A DNA stretch of 64,000 nucleotides from Longimicrobiales bacterium. GTDB taxonomy: Bacteria > Gemmatimonadota > Gemmatimonadetes > Longimicrobiales > Gaopeijiaceae. This document shows, in pieces, positions 40,366 through 51,764 of this stretch. Made by a program: the position numbers and the translations under genes. The notes below the pieces were generated by a model, which saw nothing but the letters and a program-made list of their open reading frames with translations, was not told where the DNA came from and did not search any database. Location of the stretch: the NCBI GenBank assembly GCA_965198065.1, contig CBDAON010000004.1:96001-160000 (forward strand), written 5' to 3'. Numbering within the stretch: position 1 is the first letter of the stretch; the number at the start of each line of letters is the position of its first letter.

Positions 40366-40993
40366 CGGGGGATCGAAGGGGGGCGGAGCGCCCCCTCGCC
40401 AGCCTCCAATGTTGCACATTGGGTAAGCTGCTCCCGTGCGCTAAACCAACTCGCTCCCGTGCGCCCAACAAACTCATCCACCGGCGCTTGGAGCCCTGGG
40501 CCGTTAAGATCTCCATACCACTACATGGAGGAGGCTGCTTTTTGCCCTGTCAACAAGGGGAAATCAGCGGATATCCCAAGAGGTCCAGCGACGTATTGGA
40601 GCCCGGCCAGGCTCCGCCAACGGACTCTTGAGCTGCTTCTGAAAGGACCGCTTGAACTAGCCGGGGGCCTCGATCGCGATCTGTCTATCTGGAGCAGTCC
40701 ATCCATCGCGGCACGCTCCGGATCTTAGCCGAGCATGACCGCGAAGCCCTGGCAACGGAACTGGTTGGCCTCCGAGGGTTGTCTACGATCCCGGCTGCTC
40801 TTCGGGCATGTTCGTCCATTGCAGACCGGGAATCTGTCGCGAACGAACTTGGACATGGGTGCGTAATCGTCATCGGTCGGCCAGTGACGTTGGAAATTGT
40901 CGAGCGTTATTCTGGCGGCCGGTTGGGTTCTACTCTCATGACTGACAACACTTGCCGCGGGGGCTGGCCAAGTGGTAACGTATCAGTTACCCG

Positions 40994-41329
40994 ATGTCGA
41001 TGATTGAGATCAGGGAATACATTGACACCGAAGGCCGTAGCCCGTACGCCAGATGGTTCAATCGGCTTGACGCCCAAGCTGCAGCCAAGGTGGCGACGGC
41101 GCTGGTCCGGATGGAGCAAGGCAACCTCTCTAACGCTAAGGGCGTGGGCGCCGGTGTCTTCGAACACCGGATAGACTTTGGCCCCGGCTACCGGGTCTAT
41201 TTCGGTAAGGGCGCCGAGACCCTGATCATCCTCTTGGGTGGTGGGACCAAGAAGCGACAGCAACAGGATATCGAGACTGCCCACGACCTCTGGCAAGAAT
41301 ACAGGCGGCGCAAGCGACGGGAGACTTGA
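40994..41329 (+). CDS. RelE/ParE-superfamily addiction module toxin
   Basis: GNLSNAKGVGAGVFEHRIDFGPGYRVYF...LLGGGTKKRQQQDI. Confidence 0.9.
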   Translation: MSMIEIREYIDTEGRSPYARWFNRLDAQAAAKVATALVRMEQGNLSNAKGVGAGVFEHRIDFGPGYRVYFGKGAETLIILLGGGTKKRQQQDIETAHDLWQEYRRRKRRET

Positions 41330-41333
41330 GACC

Positions 41334-41651
41334 ATGTCCCTAACACGAAACTTCAAGGAAACGATTCAGGCGCGCATTGAACGCGATCCTGCCTTCCGCG
41401 AGGAACTGCTCAAAGAGGGGGTGGAATGCTTGCTCGCCGGCGACGTGGACACCGGCAAGGCGGTACTGCGGGACTACATCAATGCCACCATCGGCTTTCA
41501 GGAGCTTGGCGCGTCTACCGCGAAGTCTCCCAAGAGCCTGATGCGTATGTTCGGCCCCAACGGCAACCCCCAGGCCCGGAACCTCTTTGAGATCATCGGC
41601 TACCTCCAGAAACGCGAGGGACTTCACCTGAGGATCCACACCGTTCGATAG
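41334..41651 (+). CDS. HTH antitoxin of the addiction module
   Basis: LTRNFKETIQAR...LRDYINATIGF...KSLMRMFGPNGNP; directly downstream of the toxin. Confidence 0.85.
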   Translation: MSLTRNFKETIQARIERDPAFREELLKEGVECLLAGDVDTGKAVLRDYINATIGFQELGASTAKSPKSLMRMFGPNGNPQARNLFEIIGYLQKREGLHLRIHTVR

Positions 41652-41744
41652 GCACCGAGTTCGAGCAAACAGAGGGGATTGGGAGAAGGAAACACAGGCA
41701 GCGCCTAGATCGCCTCACCGCACCAGGAACGCGACCGAATTCCC

Positions 41745-44700
41745 ATGAACGAAGCGACCGCGCGGATCAAGATCAACAAATTGCTAGAAGCCGCCGGCTG
41801 GCATTTCTTCGCCGACGGAGACTCGCCTGCCAATATCTGCCTCGAGCTAAATGTCACGATCAGAACGTCCGATCTCGACGCCCTGGGCAACGACTTCGAG
41901 AAGACATCCAAGAGCTACATCGACTTCCTGCTCCTCGACATCAAGGGACTTCCCTACATCGTCCTGGAAGCCAAGTCGGAGAACAAGAATCCGCTCACTG
42001 GCAAGGAGCAGGCCCGCAAATACGCCCGCTCACAGAAATTGCCGCTTCGTCATCCTGTCGAACGGAAATTTGCACTACTTCTGGGACTTGGAACGCGGCA
42101 ACCCCTATGTCATCACCTCCTTCCCGACGCCGGAATCGGTATCCAGCTACCGGAAGATAGTTCCCAACCCGCAACGCCTGATCGAGGAACAGGTCGGCGA
42201 GGATTACATCGTTCTTACTCACCGGCCTAATTATGCCTCTGAAGCGGCATGGAAGAATGAAGCCGAGCGGCCAGGCTTCGTCCAAGCTAACAAATTGCGC
42301 TTTCTACGTGCCTACCAGCTCAGAGCGATCCATGCGTTGCAGCGGGCGGTACAAGATGGAGGCGATCGCTTCTTGTTCGAGATGGCGACAGGCACCGGTG
42401 ACGTGACACCCTTAGTTGATCCGTTTATTCCCTGACTCCATGTGGTGGTTGAGGGCGAAGTCCGCAGGTGGGAGATCGCCCAGGGCGCTGTGGGGTCGGA
42501 CGCGATTGTAGTCCTGCCTCCAGCGTTCGATCGTGTGCCTCGCATCCCGTAGGGAGAGGAACCAGTGGAGGTTCAGGCACTCGTCCCTGAAGCTCCCGAG
42601 GAAGCTCTCGACGAAGCAGTTCTGAATCGGCTTGCCCGGCTGTATGTATTCTATCTTGAGGTCCCGGGAGTAGGCCCAGGCGTCGAAGGCACGGCTCGTG
42701 AACTCGGAGCCGTTGTCGCAGATCACGCGCTCCGGCAAGCCGCGTTCCTCCCGAAGTCTCTCGAGCACCTCGATCACGCTCGCCGCAGGGATCGAGTGAG
42801 CGACGTGGAGTGCCAGGCACTCGCGGCTGAACTCGTCGATCACCGCGAGGCACCGGAACACTCGGCCCGTACTCAGCGTGTCCATGATGAAGTCCACGCT
42901 CCACCGCTCGTTCGGATGGCCGAGTGGGTCACGCACCGGTCGTGGTACCTGGCTCCGTCGTCTCCGACCCTTTCGCCGCACCGCGAGCCCTTCCTCGCGG
43001 TAGAGCCGGTGGATCCGCTTCCGGTTCACCAGCCATCCCTCGCGGCGCAGAAGCACGTGGATGCGTCGGTAGCCCCAGCGAGGCCGCTCGCCCGCGAGCT
43101 CCCGGATCCTCGCACGTAACCCCTCCTGAGCTGGGCGCTCGCTTCGGTACCGGATCGTTGAACGCGGGAAGCCTGTCCAACGGACCACTCGACGCTCCGA
43201 GGCCTTCTCGGCGGCTTGCACCCTCCGGACGACCTGGCGCCGCTCCCCGGCCGTCACAACTCGTTTCCCAGCAGGTCCTTCAGCACCTGAAGGTTCAGCG
43301 CCTGGTCGGCCACGATGCGCTTGAGCCGTCGGTTCTCGTCCTCAAGTGCCTTCAACCGCCTCGCGTCACTGACCTCAAGGCCCCCGTACTTCTTCTTCCA
43401 CCGATAGAACGTGTCGTGGCTGATCCCGTGGCGTCGGCATACCTCTTTCGTCGCTCCGCCCGCCTCCGCCTCCCGTAGGATCCCGATGATCTGCTCTTCC
43501 GTGAACCTACTCTTCCTCATGACTCCTCACTTACTCCGAGGAGTCAGAGAATAGCTGGCTCAGCTTCCGGGTGTCACGTCACCGGCAAGACGCTCACCGC
43601 CGCCGCCGTCATCAAGCTATTCCTGCGCTCGGGAAATGCTAGCCGCGTACTCTTCTTGGTCGACCGGCTGGAATTGGAAGATCAGGCGTACAAGGTCTTC
43701 ACCGCGTTGCTTTCGGCGGACTTTCAGACGGTTGTCTATAAGGAGAACCGCAACGCCTGGCATCGCGCCGACGTCGTCGTCACGACCGTTCAATCCCTAC
43801 TGTTCACCAACAAGTATCAGCGGCTCTTTTCGCCCACGGACTTCGATCTCGTCATTTCCGACGAGGCGCACCGCTCGATCGGCGGTAACGCCCGCGCAGT
43901 GTTCGACTTCTTCGTGGGCTACAAGCTCGGGTTGACCGCGACGCCCCGTGACTACTTGAAGGGCACTGGCAAGACGCTCACCGCGACGCGTGACCCGCGT
44001 GCGGCCGAGAGGCGCCTCCTGCTCGACACCTATCGCACCTTTGGCTGCGAGAGTGGGCAACCCACCTTCCGCTACTCGCTGCTAGATGGCGTGAAAGACG
44101 GATTTCTGATCAACCCGACAATGGTCGACGCGCGTACGGAGGTGACCACCCAGCTCCTATCCGAAGAGGGGGTTGCCGTTTCATTCGTTGACGAAACGGG
44201 TGAAGACCAAGAGGAAGCCTACAAGCGACGTGAGTTTGAAAGGCGCTTTTACTCTGAGGCTACCAACCAGCTTTTCTGCAAGACCTTCCTTGAGAACGCA
44301 CTACGTGACCCGATCAGCGGGGAAACCGGAAAGTCCATCGTCTTTGCTGTCAGCCAGAACCACGCGGGCAAGCTCGCGCAGGTCTTCAACCAGATCGCTG
44401 ACCGGATGTTTCCCGGCAAGTACCGCTCCGACTTCGCCGTGCAGGTGACCTCGCAGATCGCAGATGCCCAGAAATTCACCGTCAACTTCGCCAACAACAA
44501 CCTGCTGGGATCAACCAACTTCTGGCCCAGCTACCGGACCAGCAAGGCTCGTGTCTGCGTCACAGTTGGCATGATGACCACCGGGTACGACTGCACCGAC
44601 ATCCTGAATCTTGGCCTGTTCCGCCCCATCTTCTCGCCCACCGATTTCGTCCAGATCAAGGGGCGCGGCACCCGCAGACACGACTTCCGGGATGAGCTTC

Positions 44701-45462
44701 TCAGTGACAGCCTCAAGGACGGCATCGCCGACGCGCGGAAGACCGCGTTTAAGCTCTTAGATTTCTTCGGAAACTGCGAGTATTTCGAAACCGAGTTCAA
44801 CTACGACGAGGTGCTGAAGCTGCCCCGGCCCCAAACGAGTAGCGGCGGGGACGATATCGGACCGACTAAGTTCGCGGGATCTTACGAACACCTCGGGGCC
44901 GACATCATAGCCTCGGTCCGCGAAGAAATTATCGGCAACGAAGGAATGAAGATCGACCGGATGCTCTTCGAGAAGTTCGAAGACACCGTACGCAAAGACG
45001 AAACCATCGCCGATGCAGTGATGGCCGACCAGTGGGATCGTGTGATCGATTATGTAAACCGAGAGATCTTCGACAAACCCGAGGAGTACTACACGCTTAA
45101 AAAGTTACGCCAAGCAGCCGCTGTGGACCGCCGGCTCACCCTGCGCGAGATTCTGGAAAAGGTATTCGGACTCATTTCCGATTTCAAATCCAAGGATGAG
45201 CTATTTGGAAGAGGAATTCGCGAAGTTCGTGGTGGATTACAAACCCGACGAAGCCGCCGCCATCCCGGCCATCAAGAGCTACTTCAAAGCCTATGCCACC
45301 AGCGACCAGGTGCGCCATATTGTCGATAGCAAGCGTTTCGCCGACCTTGCCACCAACCCGTCCTTTTCCGCCGGCGACTTCCGCGCCGTACCGGACAGGT
45401 ACCGCAACCTCATTCCGGAATACGTCAAGGACTACATGTCTTTGAACCAGTTCGCCGCGTAG
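41745..45462 (+). pseudogene. hsdR: Type I restriction subunit R, IS3-interrupted and frameshifted
   Basis: NEATARIKI, nuclease D...EAK, MATGTGKT split by the IS, DEAHRS, QIKGRGTR; +1 insertions near 42037 and 45205. Confidence 0.9.
42399..43581 (-). mobile_element. IS3-family element B, copy 2 (intact)
   Basis: Same proteins as 38616..39798; 4-bp TSD CCGG. Confidence 0.96.
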
Positions 45463-45470
45463 AACCTGTC

Positions 45471-45680
45471 ATGCTGGATTCCGACACCAAGCGCCGCATC
45501 GACACCGCCCGCGACATCCTGGTTGGCAAGGTACCGGACCCCAAGAGCCAGGTCGAGCAGATCACCATCGCGTTGATCTACAAGTTCATGGACGATATGG
45601 ACGCCGAAAGTGAGGAATTCGGAGGGAAGCGCAGTTTCTTCGCCGGCGAGTTCGCGCGCTACGGGTGGACCCAGCTGAAG
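45471..45680 (+). pseudogene. hsdM: N-terminal fragment of type I methyltransferase subunit M
   Basis: KRRIDTARDILVGKVPDPKSQVEQITIALIYKFMDD; similarity ends after about 70 aa. Confidence 0.8.
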
Positions 45681-46194
45681 GTCCCACCAAGTGCCAGAGC
45701 CGGACCAAGCTCCACCAGTGGAAGCTCGAGGGCTCCCGGTGTCCAGGTCTTTCTCGCTGGCTCGACGACAATTCGCCCGCACCCGCGTTTGACCAGATAG
45801 CCCCCAGGACGAATCCTAAGCTCTTCTTGCTAGACAAGGGGCCAAAGACTCTCGGCAATCAATTCCAGGTTGCGATCCGTCTCTTCTGTGGTTGCCTGTG
45901 GGGAGATGACCTGCCTGGCGCTTCGTCGTTCCGCGTTATAGATCTAGTTTCGCATGTGACCCGAGGCGCGGTGGAGAATGTGTTCTTCCGATACACGTCC
46001 ATCATCGGAGAGGGCTTTCGCGCCCGGAGCCCAGCTGGGCAGGGGAGTGAGGTCGTCCTCGGCTGTGAGATCCTTCGGCAGGTGAGGATCCTGTCGGTTG
46101 GCATCGTGCGGGCCAGTCACGATTCGTGCAACAACGCCGCGGATTGGTTCGGCGTCGACGCTAGGATGGAAGTAGGCTGCTTCAGCCGGACAGT

Positions 46195-47850
46195 GTGACA
46201 CAGCGACCCTACCAGGAACTCCTCGCCCGATTGCGGGACACCTTTCCCGCGCCGGTTTCGGACCGAAAGCACGACGCCTATTTCGTCTTCTCGATCCTCC
46301 GCGCGCTCGATCAGGTCGACGACCTGAAATCCGAGGTGCCGCTGCTCGGCCGGCCGCGGACGCTCGACTACGCGGCCGCAGAGCGGGCCGAGCTGTCCGA
46401 GGAAGGGCGCAGCGTCGAGGAGGTGGCGCGCCAGCTGGTCGGCCAGCTCGAAGGCATGCCTATTTGGGGGCATCCGCGGACGCAGATCAACGTCGTCCCG
46501 CCACCGTCGATTCCCAGCGTCATCGGGTCGCTGCTGCCGGCCATCTACAATCCGAATCTGGTCTCCGACGATACGTCGTATGGCCTCATGCTGACCGAGG
46601 CGGCGGTCGTGGCGATGGTGTCGCGGCTCGTCGGGTACGACCCGGTGCGGGCGGCTGGCGTGTTCACGTTCGGCGGGACCGGGACGGTGCTCTACGGCGC
46701 GAAGCTCGGCATCGAAAAGGCGTTCCCGGACGCGATGGACAACGGCGTGCCGGGCGGCGGCATGATCCTGGCCTCCGCGCAGAGCCACTACTGCCGCTTG
46801 AACGTTGCCGGCTGGCTCGGCCTCGGCGAGAAGAGCGTCGTTGCGGTACCGACCCACCTGGAGAACGACATCCGCGTCGACCGGCTGGAGGCGGCCGCCC
46901 GCGAGGCGCTCGACCAGGGGCGGCGCATCGTGGCGCTGGTGGCGACGATGGGCACGACCGACGCGTTCGGCGTCGACGACCTAGACGCCATCGTCGACCT
47001 GCGCGACCGGCTGGTGGAGGAGTACGACCTCGACTACAGGCCGCACATCCACGCCGACGCCGTCATTGGCTGGGCCTGGTCGGTGTTCAATGACTACGAC
47101 TTCGAAGCGAACCCGCTCGGCTTCCGGCTGCGCACCGTGCGCGCGCTGGCGTCGGCGCGTCGGCGCATCTCCAAGTTGCACCGGGCCGACTCGGTCGGCA
47201 TCGACTTCCACAAGACCGGGTTCACCCCCTACATCTCAAGCCTGTTCCTGGCCCGCGACCGCGCCGACATGCAGCTTCTCGTCCGTGGCCGGGAACAGAT
47301 GCCGTACCTGTTCCAGAGCGGCGAGCGCCATCCCGGGGTGTTCACGCTGGAGACGTCACGCGGCGGTTCGGGGGTGCTCGCGGCCTACGCCAACCTACAG
47401 CTATTCGGACATGTGGGCCTGCGCGTCCTACTCGGCCATCTCGTGGAGATGGCTGAAACGCTCCGCGAGTACCTAGAGGGCCACGACTGCACGACGGTCC
47501 TCAACGACGACGGCGTCGGCACGGTCACCGTCTTTCGGGTCTATCCCGACGGCGTGGACACCTGGACGGTCAAGGATCGCGAGCGGACCGACCCCGCTGC
47601 GCGGGACGAGCTGCTGCGCCACAATGACTACAACCGCCGGTTGTTCCGGTATCTATACGAGCGGGCGATGCGCGGCGAAGGCGTCCGCATCTCCATGACC
47701 GACTGCTACCGGGAAACCGACTACGGGGAGCCGATGGTTGGCCTGAAGAGCTTCATCCTCTCGCCGTTCATCGACGAGCGCGATGTCGAGCAGCTCGTCC
47801 GGGACATTCTCGACGCACGGCAGGCCCTGGACGCTGCCGCGCCCGAGTGA
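46195..47850 (+). CDS. Group II PLP-dependent decarboxylase
   Basis: FTFGGTG, ATMGTTDAFGVD, HADAVIG, PLP lysine in DFHK. Confidence 0.88.
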   Translation: MTQRPYQELLARLRDTFPAPVSDRKHDAYFVFSILRALDQVDDLKSEVPLLGRPRTLDYAAAERAELSEEGRSVEEVARQLVGQLEGMPIWGHPRTQINVVPPPSIPSVIGSLLPAIYNPNLVSDDTSYGLMLTEAAVVAMVSRLVGYDPVRAAGVFTFGGTGTVLYGAKLGIEKAFPDAMDNGVPGGGMILASAQSHYCRLNVAGWLGLGEKSVVAVPTHLENDIRVDRLEAAAREALDQGRRIVALVATMGTTDAFGVDDLDAIVDLRDRLVEEYDLDYRPHIHADAVIGWAWSVFNDYDFEANPLGFRLRTVRALASARRRISKLHRADSVGIDFHKTGFTPYISSLFLARDRADMQLLVRGREQMPYLFQSGERHPGVFTLETSRGGSGVLAAYANLQLFGHVGLRVLLGHLVEMAETLREYLEGHDCTTVLNDDGVGTVTVFRVYPDGVDTWTVKDRERTDPAARDELLRHNDYNRRLFRYLYERAMRGEGVRISMTDCYRETDYGEPMVGLKSFILSPFIDERDVEQLVRDILDARQALDAAAPE

Positions 47851-48045
47851 GAGCCGGATATCGCGCACGCGATGCTGCCTAGTTTTGATGCTCATGGGCA
47901 GTTATGAGGCGTGAGGCCGCCCAGCCTTCCGTCGGAGTGTGACCGATCCCTTCCGCGGTCGCCCGTTCGTTTTGTATATCCGAAGTGATCCACAACGTAT
48001 CGGCGACCGGCTAACCGCAAGCGTAGCAACGGGTTACTGAATAAT

Positions 48046-48318
48046 TCGCCGGTTCAGGAAGTACTTGGTCGTGGGGTCGAGCGGATCCGCCTGCGCCGTG
48101 GCGGCCTCGTAGGCCACGGCCTCCGCGCGGCCGACCTCGTCGACCCGGACCACGATCGGGCGGGGCGGCTCGACGGTCGCGACGCGAAGGAGCAGGACAG
48201 CGAGCACGAGGCACGCGGCGGCGAGGATGGTCGCCAGCGTCCGGAGCTTCCGGTTCGCCTCGACGGTCTCGCCCCAGATTTCCGCGTACTCGCGGCCGGC
48301 ATCGTGTTCTCGGTTCAT
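48046..48318 (-). pseudogene. VirB8/TrbF-like T4SS protein, N-terminal fragment
   Basis: Single TM, then PIVVRVDEVGRA...TKYFL; AAGGAG RBS; truncated. Confidence 0.65.
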
Positions 48319-48329
48319 GGACGTCTCCT

Positions 48330-48666
48330 TCAGCCTCCGGGGACTGGGGGGCGGGCCGGGTTCGCGGCAGCGCTGAGGCGCCCGCTGCCGCGCACCACGA
48401 GTGCCATCATCCCCGACCCGACGGACCCGGAACCGGAGACGAGCATCGCGGCGAGCTCGCCCACCTTCATGCCGGCCATCAGGCCGGAGACGACGAGCGG
48501 GAGGAGGACGACGACCCAGAGCCCCAGTTCGGCCGGGTCGGAGGAGACGGTGCCCATCAAGGCGCCGGTATAGGTCGTGACGTAGCCCATGCCCACGCCC
48601 ATGAAGACGCGGAGGATGGCGCCGGCCACGACGCCGTAGAGCGTGTAGACCATGAGCGTGCGGAAC
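48330..48666 (-). pseudogene. VirB6/TrbL-like T4SS protein, C-terminal fragment
   Basis: Hydrophobic helices with a Gly/Ser tail directly upstream of the virB8-like gene; cut by IS3. Confidence 0.55.
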
Positions 48667-48676
48667 TGACCTGCCC

Positions 48677-49947
48677 TGACCTGACCCGCTGAAACGAGAC
48701 CAGGTGCAATGTTAGGATCGACCTGGTCCGAAGCTTTTCAGCGAGGAGGTCAGGATGGGAAGGAAGCGACACACTCCGGAGCAGATCATCACTGCAGTGC
48801 GGGAGGCAGAGGTCGGTCTGGCCGGCGGCAAATCCGTGAAGCTGATCAGGGGAGAGCTCGGCATCACCGAGCAGACGTACTACCGGTGGAGGCGGGAGTA
48901 CGGCGGGATGAAGGTGAGCCAGGCACGGCGCCTGAAGGAGCTCGAGCGCGAGAACGGGCGCCTGAAGCGAGCAGTGGCGGACTTGACACTGGACAAGCTG
49001 ATCGTGGAGGAAGCGGCCAAGGGAAACTTCTGAGCCCCGAGGGCCGACGACGTTGTGTGGTGCGTGTACGTCAGCAGCTCGGGGCGTCGGAGAGGAGAGC
49101 GTGCCGGGTGCTCGGGCAGCCACGCACGACCCAGCGCGGGGCGAGGAAAGTGGCGAGTGACGAGGGGGCGCTCCGAGGTGATATCGTGCGACTCGCGAGT
49201 CGATTCGGCCGCTACGGCTAGCGATGCGTCACGGACACGCTCCGCATCGAGGGCTGGGGGGTGAAGCACAAGCGGGTGGAGCGGATCTGGAGGCAGGAGG
49301 GGCTGAAGGTCCCGGAGCGGCAGCCGAAGCGAGGTCGGCTGTGGCTCAACGACGGATCGTGCATCCGGCTGAGGCCGCTGTATCGGGGCCACGTCTGGTC
49401 GTACGACTTCGTGGCCTCGAGGACGCACGACGGGCGTGCGCTGAAGCTGCTGACAGTGCTGGACGAGCACACGAGGGAGTGCCTGGCGATCGTGGTGGCT
49501 CGCAAGATCCGCTCGCACGACGTGCTCGAGGTGCTGGACGATCTGTTCGTCCGACACGGGCCCTCCCGAGTATCTGAGGTCGGACAACGGACCGGAGTTC
49601 ACCGCGAAGCCCGTGCGGCGGTGGTTGGGGCGCGTGGGCGTCGAGACGCTCTTTATCGAGCCGGGCAGCCCGTGGGAGAACGGCTACAACGAGAGCTTCA
49701 ACGGCAAGCTCAGGGACGAGCTGTTGAACGGGGAGATCTTCTGCTCGTTGGCGGAGGCGGCCGTGCTGGTCGAGCAATGGAGGCGCGAGTACGATACCGT
49801 CCGACCCCACAGCGCCTGCGGCGGCTTTCCCCCGGCCCCTGAGGCGATTAAGCCGTCGCCCTGGTTCCTGAGGATGCCCGTCCTTCACCGCCCTCCACAG
49901 GTGCTGGGACTAACATAGGTTGTGGTACCGCTCTTCGGGGCAGGTCA
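48677..49947 (+). mobile_element. IS3-family element A, copy 2 (defective)
   Basis: Same IRs; orfA intact (48755..49033), TAG at 49219-49221, +1 C near 49561; no TSD. Confidence 0.93.
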
Positions 49948-51564
49948 CACCCAGGGAAGCTTCGCCGGGGGGCGGGGCGGATGGCTGTTCTCCGGCCGGA
50001 GGGGTTTTTTGGATCTGATCCTTGGAATGGCTGCAGCGACTCATGACGACATTGACAACGATGATGATCTCTCGTCTCGCTACTTCGATGTTATGGCCAA
50101 GGTGGAGTTCCTCGCGAACTCAAATCATCTGCTTTCGGCACACCTCCTCTACGCGGGCGACGATCTCAACCTCGTGGATGTCGATCTCGGCATCGATGAG
50201 GGCGGGGATCCTCCGTCCGAGCGAGCCTCGCTCGGCAGTGAATGGACGAACACCAACCTCTGGGCAGGCTGGGATTGGAGCATTTCGCGCTCGCTGGATG
50301 TGTCGACGATCCTGTCAGGAAGCCACCTCACGCGCAGGCGGACGGGGGAATGGGTGGCATCCGGATCGGGTGAATCCGCCGACTTCGCCGACGTCGACGA
50401 CAGGGGTGACTTCACGTTCGGTACGCTCAGGCAGGACTGGCGGCTGGGGATGGCTCGTGGCGTAGTGCTGAAGTTCGGGGGACAGGTGAGGTGGGCGGGT
50501 TCGGAGTACAAGTATCGAAGCGTCAGCAGCGACGAGTTCCTGCAAGCGGATCGAACTGTCGGGGTCAGCTACGACACGACAGCCGTTACGCTCGATCCGA
50601 CGGCAACCGAGTCCAGCGCCTACCTCGCCGTGCGTGTGCGGCCCCTCGATCGCGTCACCTTGGAGCTAGGCGGACGTTACGATCACCGAAGTCACACATC
50701 CGACTCCGACGTATCTCCTCGGCTCCAGTCGGCGATTGACGTCGGGCCCGCCACCACCCTGAAAGGCAGCTGGGGTGCATACCGTCAATCCCAGGGCGTC
50801 GAAGAGCTCTCTGTGGTCGACGGCGATACGATCTTCTTTCCGTCAGAGGTGGCCAAGCAGGTCGCGCTCGGATTGCAGCACAGCTTTAGGGGCGGGCTCG
50901 AGGCGCGAGTCGAGGCCTATTATCGGCGCACCACCGATCCGCGGCCGCGCTACCTGAATGTCGGGCGAAAGATCGTTCCCTTTCCTGAGATCGGGAGCGA
51001 CAGGGTACGCTTCCTTCCCGAGCAGGGGAAGGCGCGAGGCCTCGAGTTTCTCTTGTCCGGTCCGCTCGGCGCCCGTTCGGAGTGGACGGCAACGTACGTT
51101 CTCGCGAGCGCGCAGGATCGGGTTGGCACCGACTGGATCGCGCGCACGTTGGACCAGCGGCATACGGCGAACCTCCGCTGGCAATTCGAGCCGAACGAGA
51201 AATGGCGGCTGTCGGCGAGCTGGCAGTACCACACCGGCTGGCCGACCACCCCGATGGAGTTCCAGGTCGACACGATTCCCAACGCCGGGCCCGAAGAGCG
51301 ACAGGTCCTATACTACGAGCGACCCGGAGCTATCAACTCCCGGCGGTTGCCGGCCTACCATCGGATGGACTTGCGGGCGACCCGCGCGTTCGATATCGGG
51401 CAGGGCCGGCTCAGCGTCTTTCTCGACGTGTTCAATCTCTACAACCGCCAGAACGTGCGCTCGTTCAACTACAAGGTGAGCCTCCCTGAGGGAACGGTCA
51501 TCGCCGAGACCGGAGAGACTCTCCTGCCCCTTCTTCCCTCGTTCGGCTTCACATGGAGTTCTGA
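49948..51564 (+). pseudogene. TonB-dependent receptor barrel, 5'-truncated by IS3
   Basis: GGRYD, SPRL, GLEFL, DQRH, RLPAYHRMDLR, DVFNLYNRQN; adding one G gives the usual FGFTWEF-stop. Confidence 0.85.
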
Positions 51565-51689
51565 CGCTCTGACGTTACGAGTCCGACTCCACACACAAGA
51601 ATGGTGGACGGCGGGTCGATCTGTCAGGAGACGGGTCCGCTCATCGATGTTCTGACTGGGAATTATAGCGAATGGTGCCCAAGCCTCCC

Positions 51690-51730
51690 TTGCAAACCAC
51701 CCCCCCCCTGGGCACTATATTTATAGTGCC
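51690..51730 (+). promoter_or_regulatory. Putative transposase promoter with an overlapping palindrome
   Basis: TTGCAA-17-CACTAT; ggcactata-tt-tatagtgcc at 51711-51730. Confidence 0.45.
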
Positions 51731-51764
51731 GGGTAGAAGCGATAACCGCAAGGGAGCTAATAGG

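Noticed and set aside
40420..40970. Degenerate coding-like DNA upstream of the TA pair (also 45690-46190)
   Set aside because: No recognisable motif and broken frames, so no product can be supported
38616..43581. Composite transposon of two inverted IS3-B copies around the TA pair
   Set aside because: Copy 2 has its own CCGG TSD inside hsdR, and the outer flanks (ATCG and CCGG) do not match
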